Shown here piece by piece: positions 37,207 to 47,502 of a DNA stretch of 64,000 bases. Numbering within the stretch: position 1 is the first letter of the stretch; each line of letters starts with the position of its first letter. The DNA comes from an uncultured Candidatus Saccharibacteria bacterium (lineage in GTDB: Bacteria > Patescibacteriota > Dojkabacteria > SC72). Both the position numbers and the translations under genes were made by a program. Where the stretch lies: contig CAZZPP010000002.1 in NCBI GenBank assembly GCA_964655705.1, positions 32,231-96,230 of the forward strand, written 5' to 3'. The notes beneath the pieces were generated by a model that saw only the letters and a list, made by a program, of their open reading frames with translations, was not told the origin of the DNA and did no database searches.

Positions 37207-40200
37207 TTAAACGTCTAAATTAGCTTTCTTAGCATATCTTTGAATGAATCTTCTTCTAGGAGGTACTTCACTTCCCATTAACATCTCAAAAGTTTTTTCA
37301 GCTTCCTCTGCATCTTCAATATGTACTCTCTTTAGGGCCCTGTTTTCTGGATTCATAGTGGTTTCCCATAACTGATCCGGGTTCATTTCTCCTAATCCCT
37401 TAAATCTGTTTGCTACAGGTGTTTTACCAGCGTTTTTAGCTTTCTTAACAAAAGCATCCTTCTCGTTATCATTTAGGAAGTAGTATTTCTTCTTACCAAT
37501 TTCTACTTTGTGAAGAGGTGGTTGTGCAACGTAAATATATCCTTGCTCTATTAAAGGCTTAAAGAATCTAAAAAGGAGTGTAAGTACCAATGTAGTTATA
37601 TGTAATCCATCTACATCTGCGTCACTCATTATTATTACTTTATGATACCTTAGCTTGCTTATATCAAGTGTTGTACCAATTCCCACCCCTAATGCTGTGG
37701 TAATATCTTTAAACTCATTGTTTCCCAGGACCCTATCTACCCTATATTTGTTTGTATTGATTATCTTACCTCTTAGAGGAAGTACAGCTTGAGTATGCCT
37801 ATCTCTACCTTGTTTAGCACTATTATGGACAAAGACCCCACTTGCAAGGGCAAAGTTATGTGTTTTTGGTACTTCCAAATCAAATACATCTATTTTTTCT
37901 TTCAAATATTCTATTGATACAATTTTATGATTAAAGTGTTTAACAGCATCTTCTAATCTCGCCATATCATTATCAAAAAATCTACTACATAGTGTGGGGA
38001 CTTTGAGTAGAGTTTTGTTGTTTAAATCTCTTCTTACCTTGTTATATGCTTCAACAGAAACCTCACCGAAAGTATCGTAGACAGATCTAAGGACTTTTAG
38101 ACTCCTGTCAAGATATGTCCTGTTGTACGCTTTTTTTCTTTTAAGTATAAATTCTTCAGTCCACTGCTCTTTAGTTTTTTCAGAGCGCCATTTAAGAAGT
38201 TCCACATTACTCCACTGCTTCTTGGCAGAAATGGATAATTTCTCTAAAGCCTCTGGGTTGTTTTTTAGATATTGAGAGACTTTTTTAGATTGTTTAAAAC
38301 GATTCTCTTTTTTACTCCAATACTCTTTTTGGAGAAGATTTAGTCTTCGATTGTTTTCTTTTTGATATTCTTCATTGGTGAAATAGAAGGCAAGGAATTT
38401 ATTCTTCATATATTCCTTGTACTCCTCGTTCTCCCACTGTTTCTTAGCATTCTTACTAAGAAGAGACCTTGTTGATGGTTTAAGCATTGAGTTTCTCATC
38501 TTCTCCTTAAACTCAGGGCTGCTTCTTAATACTCTAAGTTTCTCATATACTTGCTTAGTATGGAGGGTCTTTGCTATATGTTTCTGATGTATTACGAGAT
38601 GGTCTTCCTTGCTTAATCTAACAATATTGTTTGGATTATTATTTAACTTATTAAAATCTTTATGATGTTTGTAGGTACCCTCGAAGTTTTTGTATACATT
38701 ATGTCCCAAGTTATATTCATCTGACAATACATGTGTAAACACCCATTTTGAACTGGAGGGATTTAATACCATCTCATAGCCTTCTATTGTGATTCTTCCT
38801 TTTTTCTCTGACAATTTCTTGTACAAAGGCATAAGGGAGTCATGCTTGGAGAGATCTTTAGCTTTCTTGTATGACCCATCTCTAAGCATGAATTTGTGGT
38901 CAGGTGTACATACAATTTCCTCTCTGTTATCTAAAGTAACTTTAATAACTGGAGTATTTCTTTTTGTTCTTCTTACGTTTTGGATTTCTGAAATTGATAC
39001 CTTTCTACTATCTGTAATTGTATAGCAGTAGTTCTGTTTACCTTTCTTCTGCTCTTCAATTAATTCTAAGAAAGTCAAAGACCTCCCATCTGCAAGAGAC
39101 ACTCTTGTATCTCCAGAAAAACATCCACCGGCACTATCGCCTTCCACAATATACAGTTCAGAATCTTTAGGATCATTGCTAATACAATCTGCTAATTTAC
39201 CTGGTAAAGTAGTACTCTCTAATGCACTCTTTCTAATGACTGCATCTCTTGCTGCTTTAGCAGCAGCTTTTGCTTTGTAAGAAAGTATTGCTTTGTCTAA
39301 AATGGATTTTGCCTCCTTAGGATGTTCATCTAAGTATACTAGTAGTTCATCTCTAATTACTTTAGCTACAGCATTTTTAACCTCTGGATTATTTAACTTT
39401 ATTTTTGTTTGACCCTCAAATTGAGGATTTGCTACTTTAACAGATACTACTGCAGTTAAACCCTCTCTAACATCATCTCCATTTAAAGAGGTTGTTAAAC
39501 CTTTAAGGAGATCGGATTTCTGAGCATACGAATTAATTGCACTTGTAAGAGCAGTTCTAAAACCTGAAAGATGGGTACCACCCTCTGGATTTATGATGTT
39601 GTTAGTATAGCAGCGGACATTTTCATCCATTCCATTAGTGTATTGAATCGCAGATTCTACAATAATTCCATCTTGGTCTTTTTTAACATAGAAGGGGATA
39701 TCATTTACGAGTTTCTCGTCTATGTTCATAAACAGGACATATGACTTAATACCATCCTCAAAATACACATCAAAGATCTTAGGATCCTTACCCTCCTCTA
39801 CTCTTTCATCAAGAAGGGATATTCGTAGTCCTGCTGTTAGATATGCATGTTGTCTACATTTTTTAACTAACTCTTTGAAATCAAAATCTGTTTGCGTAAA
39901 TATCTGACTATCTGGCATAAATCTATGTTCTGTACCAGTTTCATTCTCAACACTCCCAACCTTTTTAACAGGTGCTTTCGGGATACCTCTTTGGTACTCT
40001 TGTTGATACACTCCACCATCTCTTCGTACAGTGGTAATCATCCATTCTGAGAGAGCATTAGTACATTTCATACCGACACCATGAAGACCTCCAGAAACTT
40101 TGTATGCACCCTCTTCAAACTTCCCACCTGCATGTAGATTAGTCATTACAGTTTCTAGTGTAGAAACCTTTGTCTGAGAGTGAATTTCTACTGGTATTCC

Positions 40201-40431
40201 CCTACCATTATCTTTAACAGAAAGAGAGCCATCTTTATGTAGTGTTACCCATATCCTGTCACAGTATCCTGCTATGGCTTCATCAACAGAGTTGTCTAAA
40301 ATCTCAGTAAATATATGGTGTAAACCATTCCTATCAGTAGATCCAATGTACATTGCAGGTCTTTTTCTTACTGCCTCAAGTCCTTGTAAGACCTGAATAT
40401 TGGATGCTTTGTAATCACTCTTCTTTGGCAT
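37207..40431 (-). CDS. gyrB: DNA gyrase subunit B containing an intein
   Basis: RKRPAMYIG, EILDNSVDE, GGLHGVG, VEGDSAGG|intein|SAKQGR, PLRGK, DADVDG, RFKGLGEM. Confidence 0.97.
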   Translation of the reverse strand: MPKKSDYKASNIQVLQGLEAVRKRPAMYIGSTDRNGLHHIFTEILDNSVDEAIAGYCDRIWVTLHKDGSLSVKDNGRGIPVEIHSQTKVSTLETVMTNLHAGGKFEEGAYKVSGGLHGVGMKCTNALSEWMITTVRRDGGVYQQEYQRGIPKAPVKKVGSVENETGTEHRFMPDSQIFTQTDFDFKELVKKCRQHAYLTAGLRISLLDERVEEGKDPKIFDVYFEDGIKSYVLFMNIDEKLVNDIPFYVKKDQDGIIVESAIQYTNGMDENVRCYTNNIINPEGGTHLSGFRTALTSAINSYAQKSDLLKGLTTSLNGDDVREGLTAVVSVKVANPQFEGQTKIKLNNPEVKNAVAKVIRDELLVYLDEHPKEAKSILDKAILSYKAKAAAKAARDAVIRKSALESTTLPGKLADCISNDPKDSELYIVEGDSAGGCFSGDTRVSLADGRSLTFLELIEEQKKGKQNYCYTITDSRKVSISEIQNVRRTKRNTPVIKVTLDNREEIVCTPDHKFMLRDGSYKKAKDLSKHDSLMPLYKKLSEKKGRITIEGYEMVLNPSSSKWVFTHVLSDEYNLGHNVYKNFEGTYKHHKDFNKLNNNPNNIVRLSKEDHLVIHQKHIAKTLHTKQVYEKLRVLRSSPEFKEKMRNSMLKPSTRSLLSKNAKKQWENEEYKEYMKNKFLAFYFTNEEYQKENNRRLNLLQKEYWSKKENRFKQSKKVSQYLKNNPEALEKLSISAKKQWSNVELLKWRSEKTKEQWTEEFILKRKKAYNRTYLDRSLKVLRSVYDTFGEVSVEAYNKVRRDLNNKTLLKVPTLCSRFFDNDMARLEDAVKHFNHKIVSIEYLKEKIDVFDLEVPKTHNFALASGVFVHNSAKQGRDRHTQAVLPLRGKIINTNKYRVDRVLGNNEFKDITTALGVGIGTTLDISKLRYHKVIIMSDADVDGLHITTLVLTLLFRFFKPLIEQGYIYVAQPPLHKVEIGKKKYYFLNDNEKDAFVKKAKNAGKTPVANRFKGLGEMNPDQLWETTMNPENRALKRVHIEDAEEAEKTFEMLMGSEVPPRRRFIQRYAKKANLDV
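37822..39123 (-). mobile_element. 434-aa intein with HNH homing endonuclease in GyrB
   Basis: CFSGDT start, CTPDHKF block B, HHKDFNKLNNNPNN HNH, VFDLEV..HNF..VFVHN|S end. Confidence 0.95.
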
Positions 40432-40523
40432 TATCTATATTTTTTAAATTAGTAATTCTCAATTCAATTCCCAAAGCCAACCTCTATTCTAATATATTAT
40501 GGGGCTAAATGTTAAGAGGCTAA

Positions 40524-41192
40524 TTAGCTTGTTAATACAAGGAAAAGGTTTTCTAGGAGTAATCTCCTGTTACCATTCGCTTCTATTCTCTTTCTAGTTT
40601 TTGAAATCTGTAGAATATTATCATATATCTGTTTTGATTGCTCATCACTTTCTAAAAGTTCTTGATAGTAGGACTCAATCTGATTAAGTAGTTGTTTTGT
40701 ACTATCCATTTCCTTAGAGATTTTTTCAATATCATTGAATGCCTCTACCAAGTCTTTACCTAAAATACTTGGAATCCCTTTATCCTCATTCTCCTGTCTA
40801 ACTTGTTTGGTATATATCTTCATTGACCTAGAGAGAATTGTCGGAAGTAAATTCCTCTCATTTGATGTTACTAATATGTATGCAGTTGTGTTACTACTGT
40901 CCTCCAATGTCTTAAGAAAGGAGTTTTGGGCTTGAGTGGTTAGTTTTTCTGCATTATATATTAGGGCTACTTGAACAGATTCACTGTAAGGGGTATATAC
41001 CATCTCTTTTTGAAGTTTTTTAACATCATCAATTCCAATACTATTAATATTGCTACTCTCAATCATATGTAGGTCAGGAGATATTAAACAGGAGATATCT
41101 TGGGTGACTTCTCTTTCCCATAACTGGGAGAGTAATGAGGTGATTTGCTCATTAATATTTCTTGTATTATTTCCTACAATGAGATATGTCAT
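40524..41192 (-). CDS. holB: DNA polymerase III delta-prime-like subunit (short)
   Basis: SPDL, IGIDDVK, AEKLTTQAQNSFLKTLED, LLPTILSR. Confidence 0.85.
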   Translation of the reverse strand: MTYLIVGNNTRNINEQITSLLSQLWEREVTQDISCLISPDLHMIESSNINSIGIDDVKKLQKEMVYTPYSESVQVALIYNAEKLTTQAQNSFLKTLEDSSNTTAYILVTSNERNLLPTILSRSMKIYTKQVRQENEDKGIPSILGKDLVEAFNDIEKISKEMDSTKQLLNQIESYYQELLESDEQSKQIYDNILQISKTRKRIEANGNRRLLLENLFLVLTS

Positions 41193-41363
41193 AACTATAT
41201 ATATTTTACCATATTTAGGGAAAGATTACCCGTAAAGAAGGTGCCTAAAATGTTGATATTTAAAGATTCCAACCAGTAATATCTCAATTCTAGTTATAGG
41301 TCGTGCAATGAACCTATTCTCCTGTTATCATTATCTAATACTAAATTTGACTGCCTAATTTTT

Positions 41364-43166
41364 GTGGCCCAAGAGACACTTCTTACATATTTACAAAGAC
41401 AGGGTGTAATCAATTCTGCTGACGCTGTTAAAGTACAGGTTGAGAGAAGTCGCTCTCCTAAAAGTGAAGAGTCCATTATTAGGGAGATGGGTCTTGCAGA
41501 TGAGTTGTCAATTGCTAAAGCTAAGTCATATCTTTTCAATATCCCCTATGTTGATTTAATCGAGAATGATGTACCTGAGAGTGTAATTGCTGAGGTACCA
41601 ATAGATAATTTGAAAAAGTATAGGGCTGTTCCTTTTGAAAGAGGAGAGAATTTTGTTAAATTGGCAATGTTAGATCCTTTTGATGTTCAGGCAACACAGG
41701 CACTGCAAAGAAGATATCCTCCCAATACGAAGATAATTGTATATATTACTACAGAAGATGGCTTAAACTTTGTACTAGACAGGAGAATTGGTGATGTAAT
41801 GAGTTCTGAGGTTACACAGGCACTTGAGGATGTGGATGTACCTGTTCAAGAGATTGATGAAGATCCTAACCTAATTGATAGTATTGATTTAAAGAATGCT
41901 CCTGTTGCTAGAATAGTGAATTCGATTATGCAATATGCTGTTACATCTAAGACTTCAGATATCCATGTTGAACCTATGGAAACAAGACTAAGGATTAGAT
42001 TTAGAATCCATGGAGTAATGACCGAAAGACTTTCCCTTCCTAAGACTTTAGCTCCTGCAATAGTGTCTCGTATAAAGATTATGTCCAATCTTAAAATTGA
42101 TGAGAAAAGGGTCCCTCAGGATGGTAGATTCCAGATTAAAGTTAAAAATATTAAGGTTGATATTCGTGTTTCTGTTATGCCTATGATTCATGGTGAGAAA
42201 GTAGTTATGCGTTTACTTGAGTCTGATACCTCAGGTATTACTTTAGAGTCTACTGGTATGAGGGGGAATGCTTACAAGATATTTTTAGATGCTCTAACTG
42301 TTACCAATGGTATTGTATTGGTTACCGGTCCTACTGGTTCTGGTAAGACTAGGACTTTGGCATGTTCCTTAATTAAGGTCAATGATCCAGGAGTAAATAT
42401 CATCTCTTTAGAAAATCCTGTTGAAATTAGAGTCCCAGGTGTTACTCAAGTTCAAATTAATCCTGATGTTGGACTTACATTTGCTAATGGTTTGAGGTCT
42501 GTATTAAGACAAGACCCTGATATTGTTATGGTTGGAGAGATTAGAGACCAGGAGACAGCGGAGCTAGCTATACAGGCATCTCTAACAGGTCACTTAGTTC
42601 TTTCTACATTACACACTAACAGTGCTGCTGCAGCAATACCAAGGCTTTTAGATATGGGTATGGAGCCATATCTTTTGGCTTCTACAATTCGTGTTCTTGT
42701 TGCTCAACGTTTACCAAGAAAAATATGTACTAGATGTATTAAAGCAGTACCTGCTACTCCTGGGGAGGTACGTGAGATTACGGATTCTTTGTCTGGAATT
42801 AAAAATTTTGATTTAATTAAATATCTTACACAGGTAATTAGTGCTAAGAAGGCAAAGGGAGAGGAAGGTTCTGCAGTCTTGAAAGCTCCTGAGATTGGTG
42901 CTGATGGGCAACCGATAATATATGTGTATGAGGGTTCTGGTTGTGACAGGTGTGGTGGTTCTGGGTATTCTAGTCGTATTGGTATTTTTGAGGTATTGGA
43001 TGTTACTGAAAAAATTAGTAGAATGGTAATGGAGAATGTTACAGCTCAAGATATTGAGAACGAGGCAAAGAGTAATGGTATGATTACGATGACTCAAGAT
43101 GGCTTTTTAAAGGTACTCGAAGGAATTACTAGTATTGAGGAAGTCCTAAGAGTGTCAAAAGAATAA
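41364..43166 (+). CDS. pilB: Type IV pilus assembly ATPase PilB/GspE
   Basis: SDIHVEP, PQDGR, GPTGSGKT, LRQDPDIVMVGEIRD, TGHLVLSTLHTN, CxxC..CxxC. Confidence 0.93.
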   Translation: MAQETLLTYLQRQGVINSADAVKVQVERSRSPKSEESIIREMGLADELSIAKAKSYLFNIPYVDLIENDVPESVIAEVPIDNLKKYRAVPFERGENFVKLAMLDPFDVQATQALQRRYPPNTKIIVYITTEDGLNFVLDRRIGDVMSSEVTQALEDVDVPVQEIDEDPNLIDSIDLKNAPVARIVNSIMQYAVTSKTSDIHVEPMETRLRIRFRIHGVMTERLSLPKTLAPAIVSRIKIMSNLKIDEKRVPQDGRFQIKVKNIKVDIRVSVMPMIHGEKVVMRLLESDTSGITLESTGMRGNAYKIFLDALTVTNGIVLVTGPTGSGKTRTLACSLIKVNDPGVNIISLENPVEIRVPGVTQVQINPDVGLTFANGLRSVLRQDPDIVMVGEIRDQETAELAIQASLTGHLVLSTLHTNSAAAAIPRLLDMGMEPYLLASTIRVLVAQRLPRKICTRCIKAVPATPGEVREITDSLSGIKNFDLIKYLTQVISAKKAKGEEGSAVLKAPEIGADGQPIIYVYEGSGCDRCGGSGYSSRIGIFEVLDVTEKISRMVMENVTAQDIENEAKSNGMITMTQDGFLKVLEGITSIEEVLRVSKE

Positions 43167-43188
43167 ATTTAGGATATAATGAAAAACA

Positions 43189-44664
43189 ATGGAAGACAAT
43201 ACTGCCCAGAATAGTACGGTACAATACCCTGACTTATCTCAGGCTACTACACCAATTCAGACTCAACCTCCAGTTGGAGATTTTACCTCGCAGACACCTG
43301 GGGTGTCAGATATACCTATTCCTGTAATTCCTACTACACCACCTCCTACGACACAAGTATCTCCTCCAGCCCCTACTTTGCAACCAGCTGAAGAAGAGTT
43401 AATCAATATTAACGAGGCTTTGCCAATTAATGATTTAAACAAGGAGGTTCCACTTAAGGGAGTTGTTGAGAATGAGTTACAAGATATTATCCCAGATGAG
43501 AAGGTGCCTAAGGCTTTAAAAAGAGATCCTAAAAGGGATAATCTTTCGAAGCCTTTGGATGCAGATGAACTTCGTTCTGATGTCCTTCCTAAACTGTCTG
43601 ATACTTCCAAAATTGATGAACTTTTAAGGTATGCAATACAACATAATGCTTCTGATTTACACATTACTGCTGGGTATCCCCCAATTGTTAGGATTGATGG
43701 GGAATTAATGGAAATTAGTGAAGCAGTAATTACACCTGAGGAAGCAGAGAGTTTAATATTACCAGTATTAAGTGAAGAGAAAAGGGAGCTTCTAGAAGTA
43801 AACAGAGAAGTGGATTTAGCCTACTTCCATCAGGGTGAGAGTCAAGCAAGGTTCAGGATAAATGCCTACTATACAATGAAAAATATGGCAGCTGCATTCA
43901 GGTTAATTCCTTCTAGGGTAAGAAAGATTGATGAGTTGTTTCTTCCAAATATATATCATCAGTTTGCTCAACTTAAACAGGGATTCATATTAGTAACGGG
44001 TCCTACAGGACATGGTAAGAGTACTACTTTAGCAGCAATACTAGAAGAGATTAATATGACTAGATTTGCACATATTGTTACCATTGAAGACCCAATAGAG
44101 TATGTTTTTGAGGGTAAGAAATCATTGATTGATCAAAGAGAGATGAACGATGATACCCACTCTTGGCCAATTGCACTTAGAAGTGCACTAAGGCAGGATC
44201 CAGATGTAATACTTGTAGGAGAGATGAGAGACTATGAAACAATTGCTTCAGCTATTACACTTGCAGAAACAGGGCACTTAGTATTTGCTACACTACATAC
44301 TAATAGTGCAGCACAAACAGTAGATAGGATGATTGATGTATTTCCACATAATCAACAACCACAGATAAGGTTACAGCTATCAAATATCTTAGAAGCTATT
44401 GTAGCTCAGAGATTAATACCATTAGACAAGGGTGGTAGAAGAGCTGTATGTGAGATTATGATTGCTAATCCTGCAGTTAGGAATATGATTAGAGAGGCTA
44501 AGACACATCAGATTGATAACGTTATTCGAACGAGTGCAGATATTGGAATGGTTTCCTTAGAGAGATCTTTAGTTTCTCTTGTAAGGGAGGGTGTAATATC
44601 TGTCCAAAAAGCTCAGGAGTATGCTGTATTTCCTGAGGAAGTTTTAAGATTACTTAAAAGTTAA
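43189..44664 (+). CDS. pilT: Retraction ATPase PilT with Pro-rich N-terminal extension
   Basis: ASDLH, GPTGHGKSTT, TIEDPIE, LRQDPDVILVGEMRD, AVRNMIRE. Confidence 0.93.
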   Translation: MEDNTAQNSTVQYPDLSQATTPIQTQPPVGDFTSQTPGVSDIPIPVIPTTPPPTTQVSPPAPTLQPAEEELININEALPINDLNKEVPLKGVVENELQDIIPDEKVPKALKRDPKRDNLSKPLDADELRSDVLPKLSDTSKIDELLRYAIQHNASDLHITAGYPPIVRIDGELMEISEAVITPEEAESLILPVLSEEKRELLEVNREVDLAYFHQGESQARFRINAYYTMKNMAAAFRLIPSRVRKIDELFLPNIYHQFAQLKQGFILVTGPTGHGKSTTLAAILEEINMTRFAHIVTIEDPIEYVFEGKKSLIDQREMNDDTHSWPIALRSALRQDPDVILVGEMRDYETIASAITLAETGHLVFATLHTNSAAQTVDRMIDVFPHNQQPQIRLQLSNILEAIVAQRLIPLDKGGRRAVCEIMIANPAVRNMIREAKTHQIDNVIRTSADIGMVSLERSLVSLVREGVISVQKAQEYAVFPEEVLRLLKS

Positions 44665-44669
44665 ATAAT

Positions 44670-45911
44670 ATGCCAAATTTTACATACTCAGCTAGAGATA
44701 GCAAAGGAAAAGAGTTAAAGGGAAAGTTAGAGGCCAGAGATGCACAGGCAGTTGTTGAGATACTTCAGGATAAGGGGCTGGTTGTTGTTAATGTTAAAGA
44801 GAGGGCATCAATAGATTTAGAAGAGTTGGGTAGCATAAATATTGGTGGAGTTCCAATGAAGGACAAGGTTGTCTTTATGAGACAGCTTGCAACTATGGTA
44901 GGTGCTGGTTTACCTCTTACAAGGGGTTTACAAGTATTAGAGCAACAGATTGCTAACCCAATGTTTAAAAAAGTAATTACTCAGGTAAAGGCTTCGGTAG
45001 AGGCTGGTAAGAGTTTAGCTGATTCTTTTAGGCAGTCAGATGAGGTATTTGATGATATTACTATTAACCTCATTGAGGCTGGTGAGTCTAGTGGTAATTT
45101 AGATGAGATATTGAATAAGTTAGCCATTGAGTTAGAAGAGGGTAAAAAATTACAAGGTAAACTTAAGGGAGCACTTACCTATCCAGTTATTCTTTTAGTC
45201 ATAATTGTTGGAGTTATGGTATTAATGATGTTAGTGTTAGTTCCTGCAATGAGTGATATATATGGTGAGTTTGGAGGAGAGTTACCAACAATAACAAGGA
45301 TAATGGTTGCTATGAGTGATTTCTTCATAAATTACTGGTGGGCATTGCTTGTAGCTCTTTTAGGATTAATAATTGGATTTAAAGTTTGGGTAGATACTCC
45401 TAATGGTAAGAGGAGTTGGAACAAGATTATCCTTAAGATTCCAATTATGGGTGTAATTGTTAGTAAGATGCAAATTGCACAGTTTACTAGAATATTGGGT
45501 CTTTTACTAAGTAGTGGTCTGTCCATTATTAGGGCATTAGAACTTACAGCTATGTCACTTAGTAATGTAATGTTTAAAGAGGTAGTACTAGAAGCAAGAG
45601 ATGAGGTAGAAAAGGGTGGCTCTTTAGCTCTTCCAATTGCTAGGAGTGATTACTACCCTCTCATTGTTAGTAGTATGATTGCAGTTGGTGAAGAGACTGG
45701 TGAGTTAGATACAGTATTGTCTAAAGTATCTCAGTATTACAAAGAGGAGGTTGATCAGGCTACAGAGAATATGTCTTCTTTACTAGAGCCTATTTTCCTT
45801 GTAATTATGGGTATTGCTGTAGCTTTCATAGCACTGGGAGTATATACACCTATGTTCCAACTTTCAGAGGTTATGGGTATGGTAGTTGACTTTGTTAGTT
45901 TAATTGTATAA
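44670..45911 (+). CDS. pilC: Type IV pilus platform protein PilC/GspF
   Basis: RQLATMVGAGLPL, GESSGNL, ALTYP, VGEETGEL, LLEP. Confidence 0.93.
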   Translation: MPNFTYSARDSKGKELKGKLEARDAQAVVEILQDKGLVVVNVKERASIDLEELGSINIGGVPMKDKVVFMRQLATMVGAGLPLTRGLQVLEQQIANPMFKKVITQVKASVEAGKSLADSFRQSDEVFDDITINLIEAGESSGNLDEILNKLAIELEEGKKLQGKLKGALTYPVILLVIIVGVMVLMMLVLVPAMSDIYGEFGGELPTITRIMVAMSDFFINYWWALLVALLGLIIGFKVWVDTPNGKRSWNKIILKIPIMGVIVSKMQIAQFTRILGLLLSSGLSIIRALELTAMSLSNVMFKEVVLEARDEVEKGGSLALPIARSDYYPLIVSSMIAVGEETGELDTVLSKVSQYYKEEVDQATENMSSLLEPIFLVIMGIAVAFIALGVYTPMFQLSEVMGMVVDFVSLIV

Positions 45912-45954
45912 GTTATATATATTAATTAAATAATTTTTTATTTTATATAAACTA

Positions 45955-46572
45955 ATGAATAGAAAATATTCAGGTTTTACACTAGTAGAGATGCTTATCG
46001 TAATGGGTATTATCATTATCCTTATGGTAGTTGGTATCACTGCTGGTAGATTTGCTATCAATAGAGCAAATGATGTAGCACATCAAAATGCTGTTGACCA
46101 ACTTTATACTTCCCTTCAAGCATTCTATACAGATGAAAGGCAGTATCCAGATGAGTCTATTTGTGGTGCGGGTGGATGTACTATCCAAAATTTAGTTTCT
46201 GGTACAACATGTGCTGACCCCTTAGGGACTAAAACAGATTGCTTCTTAGTACCATATATTGACCAAGATGCTTTTGATGGAGGTAGTGAAGCCACATATT
46301 ACTATGGTATTGGTGGAGATAGTGGCAATCAAGCAGTATTAGCATGTGTTTCAATGAGAGGAAACTATGAGGGAAATTTCGACACCACCAGAAATGATGG
46401 TATTGTATATTGTTCTGGAAACGGCTTCGGAATAGCTATGGATTTCACTGGAGTGGGTACTGGGACGGGTTTTACAGTAGCAACAAAGGAAACAAGAGAT
46501 GACGATCCTGCCTGGGCAGGTTTTGATGCTTTAGATGACGAGTCAGATTGGGATGGTGATACCTGGGAATAA
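45955..46572 (+). CDS. Type IV pilin (probable major pilin)
   Basis: KYSG|FTLVEML class III signal; followed by a terminator. Confidence 0.85.
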   Translation: MNRKYSGFTLVEMLIVMGIIIILMVVGITAGRFAINRANDVAHQNAVDQLYTSLQAFYTDERQYPDESICGAGGCTIQNLVSGTTCADPLGTKTDCFLVPYIDQDAFDGGSEATYYYGIGGDSGNQAVLACVSMRGNYEGNFDTTRNDGIVYCSGNGFGIAMDFTGVGTGTGFTVATKETRDDDPAWAGFDALDDESDWDGDTWE

Positions 46573-46604
46573 AAATAATAATCCCTAAATCATTAAAAAC
46601 TGAT

Positions 46605-46635
46605 AACCCCCTCCTTTTGAGGGGGTTTTCCTTTC
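46605..46635 (+). terminator. Intrinsic terminator after pilin
   Basis: AACCCCCTC-5nt-GAGGGGGTT then T-rich. Confidence 0.8.
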
Positions 46636-46665
46636 ATATTTCATAAAAATATATATAATGGGTAT

Positions 46666-47430
46666 ATGCATATATATTTTACATTCATAATATTTCTCTT
46701 TGGATTAGTAATAGCAAGTTTTTTAAATGCACTGCTGTATAGAATAGATAACGGATATAAATATCCAGATATCTTTATTAAAGGATCTCACTGTGAGAAA
46801 TGTGGTAAGTTACTTAAAACATACGAATTAATACCAGTAATATCATATTTCATATTTAAAGGTAAATGCCCTGTATGTAAATACAAAATACCACTATATT
46901 ACCCTATCTCTGAATTAATGTTAGGTATTGGTATGGCAAGTATATATTACTACTCTCTATCCCCTATCCTATACATTGTATTACTCTTCTTCTTCTCTTT
47001 CTCATATTACGACAGGATATACAAAGGGGTACCCCAATCCCTAGTAAACATCTATCTCATATTCTCTGTCATATATCTTTTTTTTAATATCCTCTCTACA
47101 CACTCAATACCCCCAAACGCCATATTAGTAGGTATGGGGTTTTCTGTATTTATTCTAATTGTTGGAAAGATTATGAAGAAACCCTTCGGTATGGGTGATA
47201 TACTAGTTCTTTTGGGATTAAGTATTGTATTAAGTCTTAAACTTTACATTGGGTATATATATATCTTCTTAATACTATCTAGTGTATATTCCTTAGTTAC
47301 AATTATATCTAAGAAAAGAACTACTAAATCATCCATTGCCCTACTTCCCTTTATGTATATCTCTCTGTCCTTACTATTTCTTCTTAACAAAGTAGTTATA
47401 GATATTTTCTTAAAGGTATTTTACTTTTAA
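46666..47430 (+). CDS. pilD: Prepilin peptidase
   Basis: ASFLNALLYR, SHCEKC..LIPVISY..GKCPVC, YYD, FGMGD, ALLPF. Confidence 0.9.
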   Translation: MHIYFTFIIFLFGLVIASFLNALLYRIDNGYKYPDIFIKGSHCEKCGKLLKTYELIPVISYFIFKGKCPVCKYKIPLYYPISELMLGIGMASIYYYSLSPILYIVLLFFFSFSYYDRIYKGVPQSLVNIYLIFSVIYLFFNILSTHSIPPNAILVGMGFSVFILIVGKIMKKPFGMGDILVLLGLSIVLSLKLYIGYIYIFLILSSVYSLVTIISKKRTTKSSIALLPFMYISLSLLFLLNKVVIDIFLKVFYF

Positions 47431-47502
47431 GTATTCTTCTCTATTGAGTAGTTAGTAAAATTTTGTTAAATTATATATAGTTATACTTTAGAAGAACTGT
47501 CC

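Noticed and set aside
41193-41363. Possible riboswitch upstream of pilB
   Set aside because: Only short hairpins (e.g. ATAGGT..ACCTAT); no c-di-GMP or other aptamer consensus recognised.
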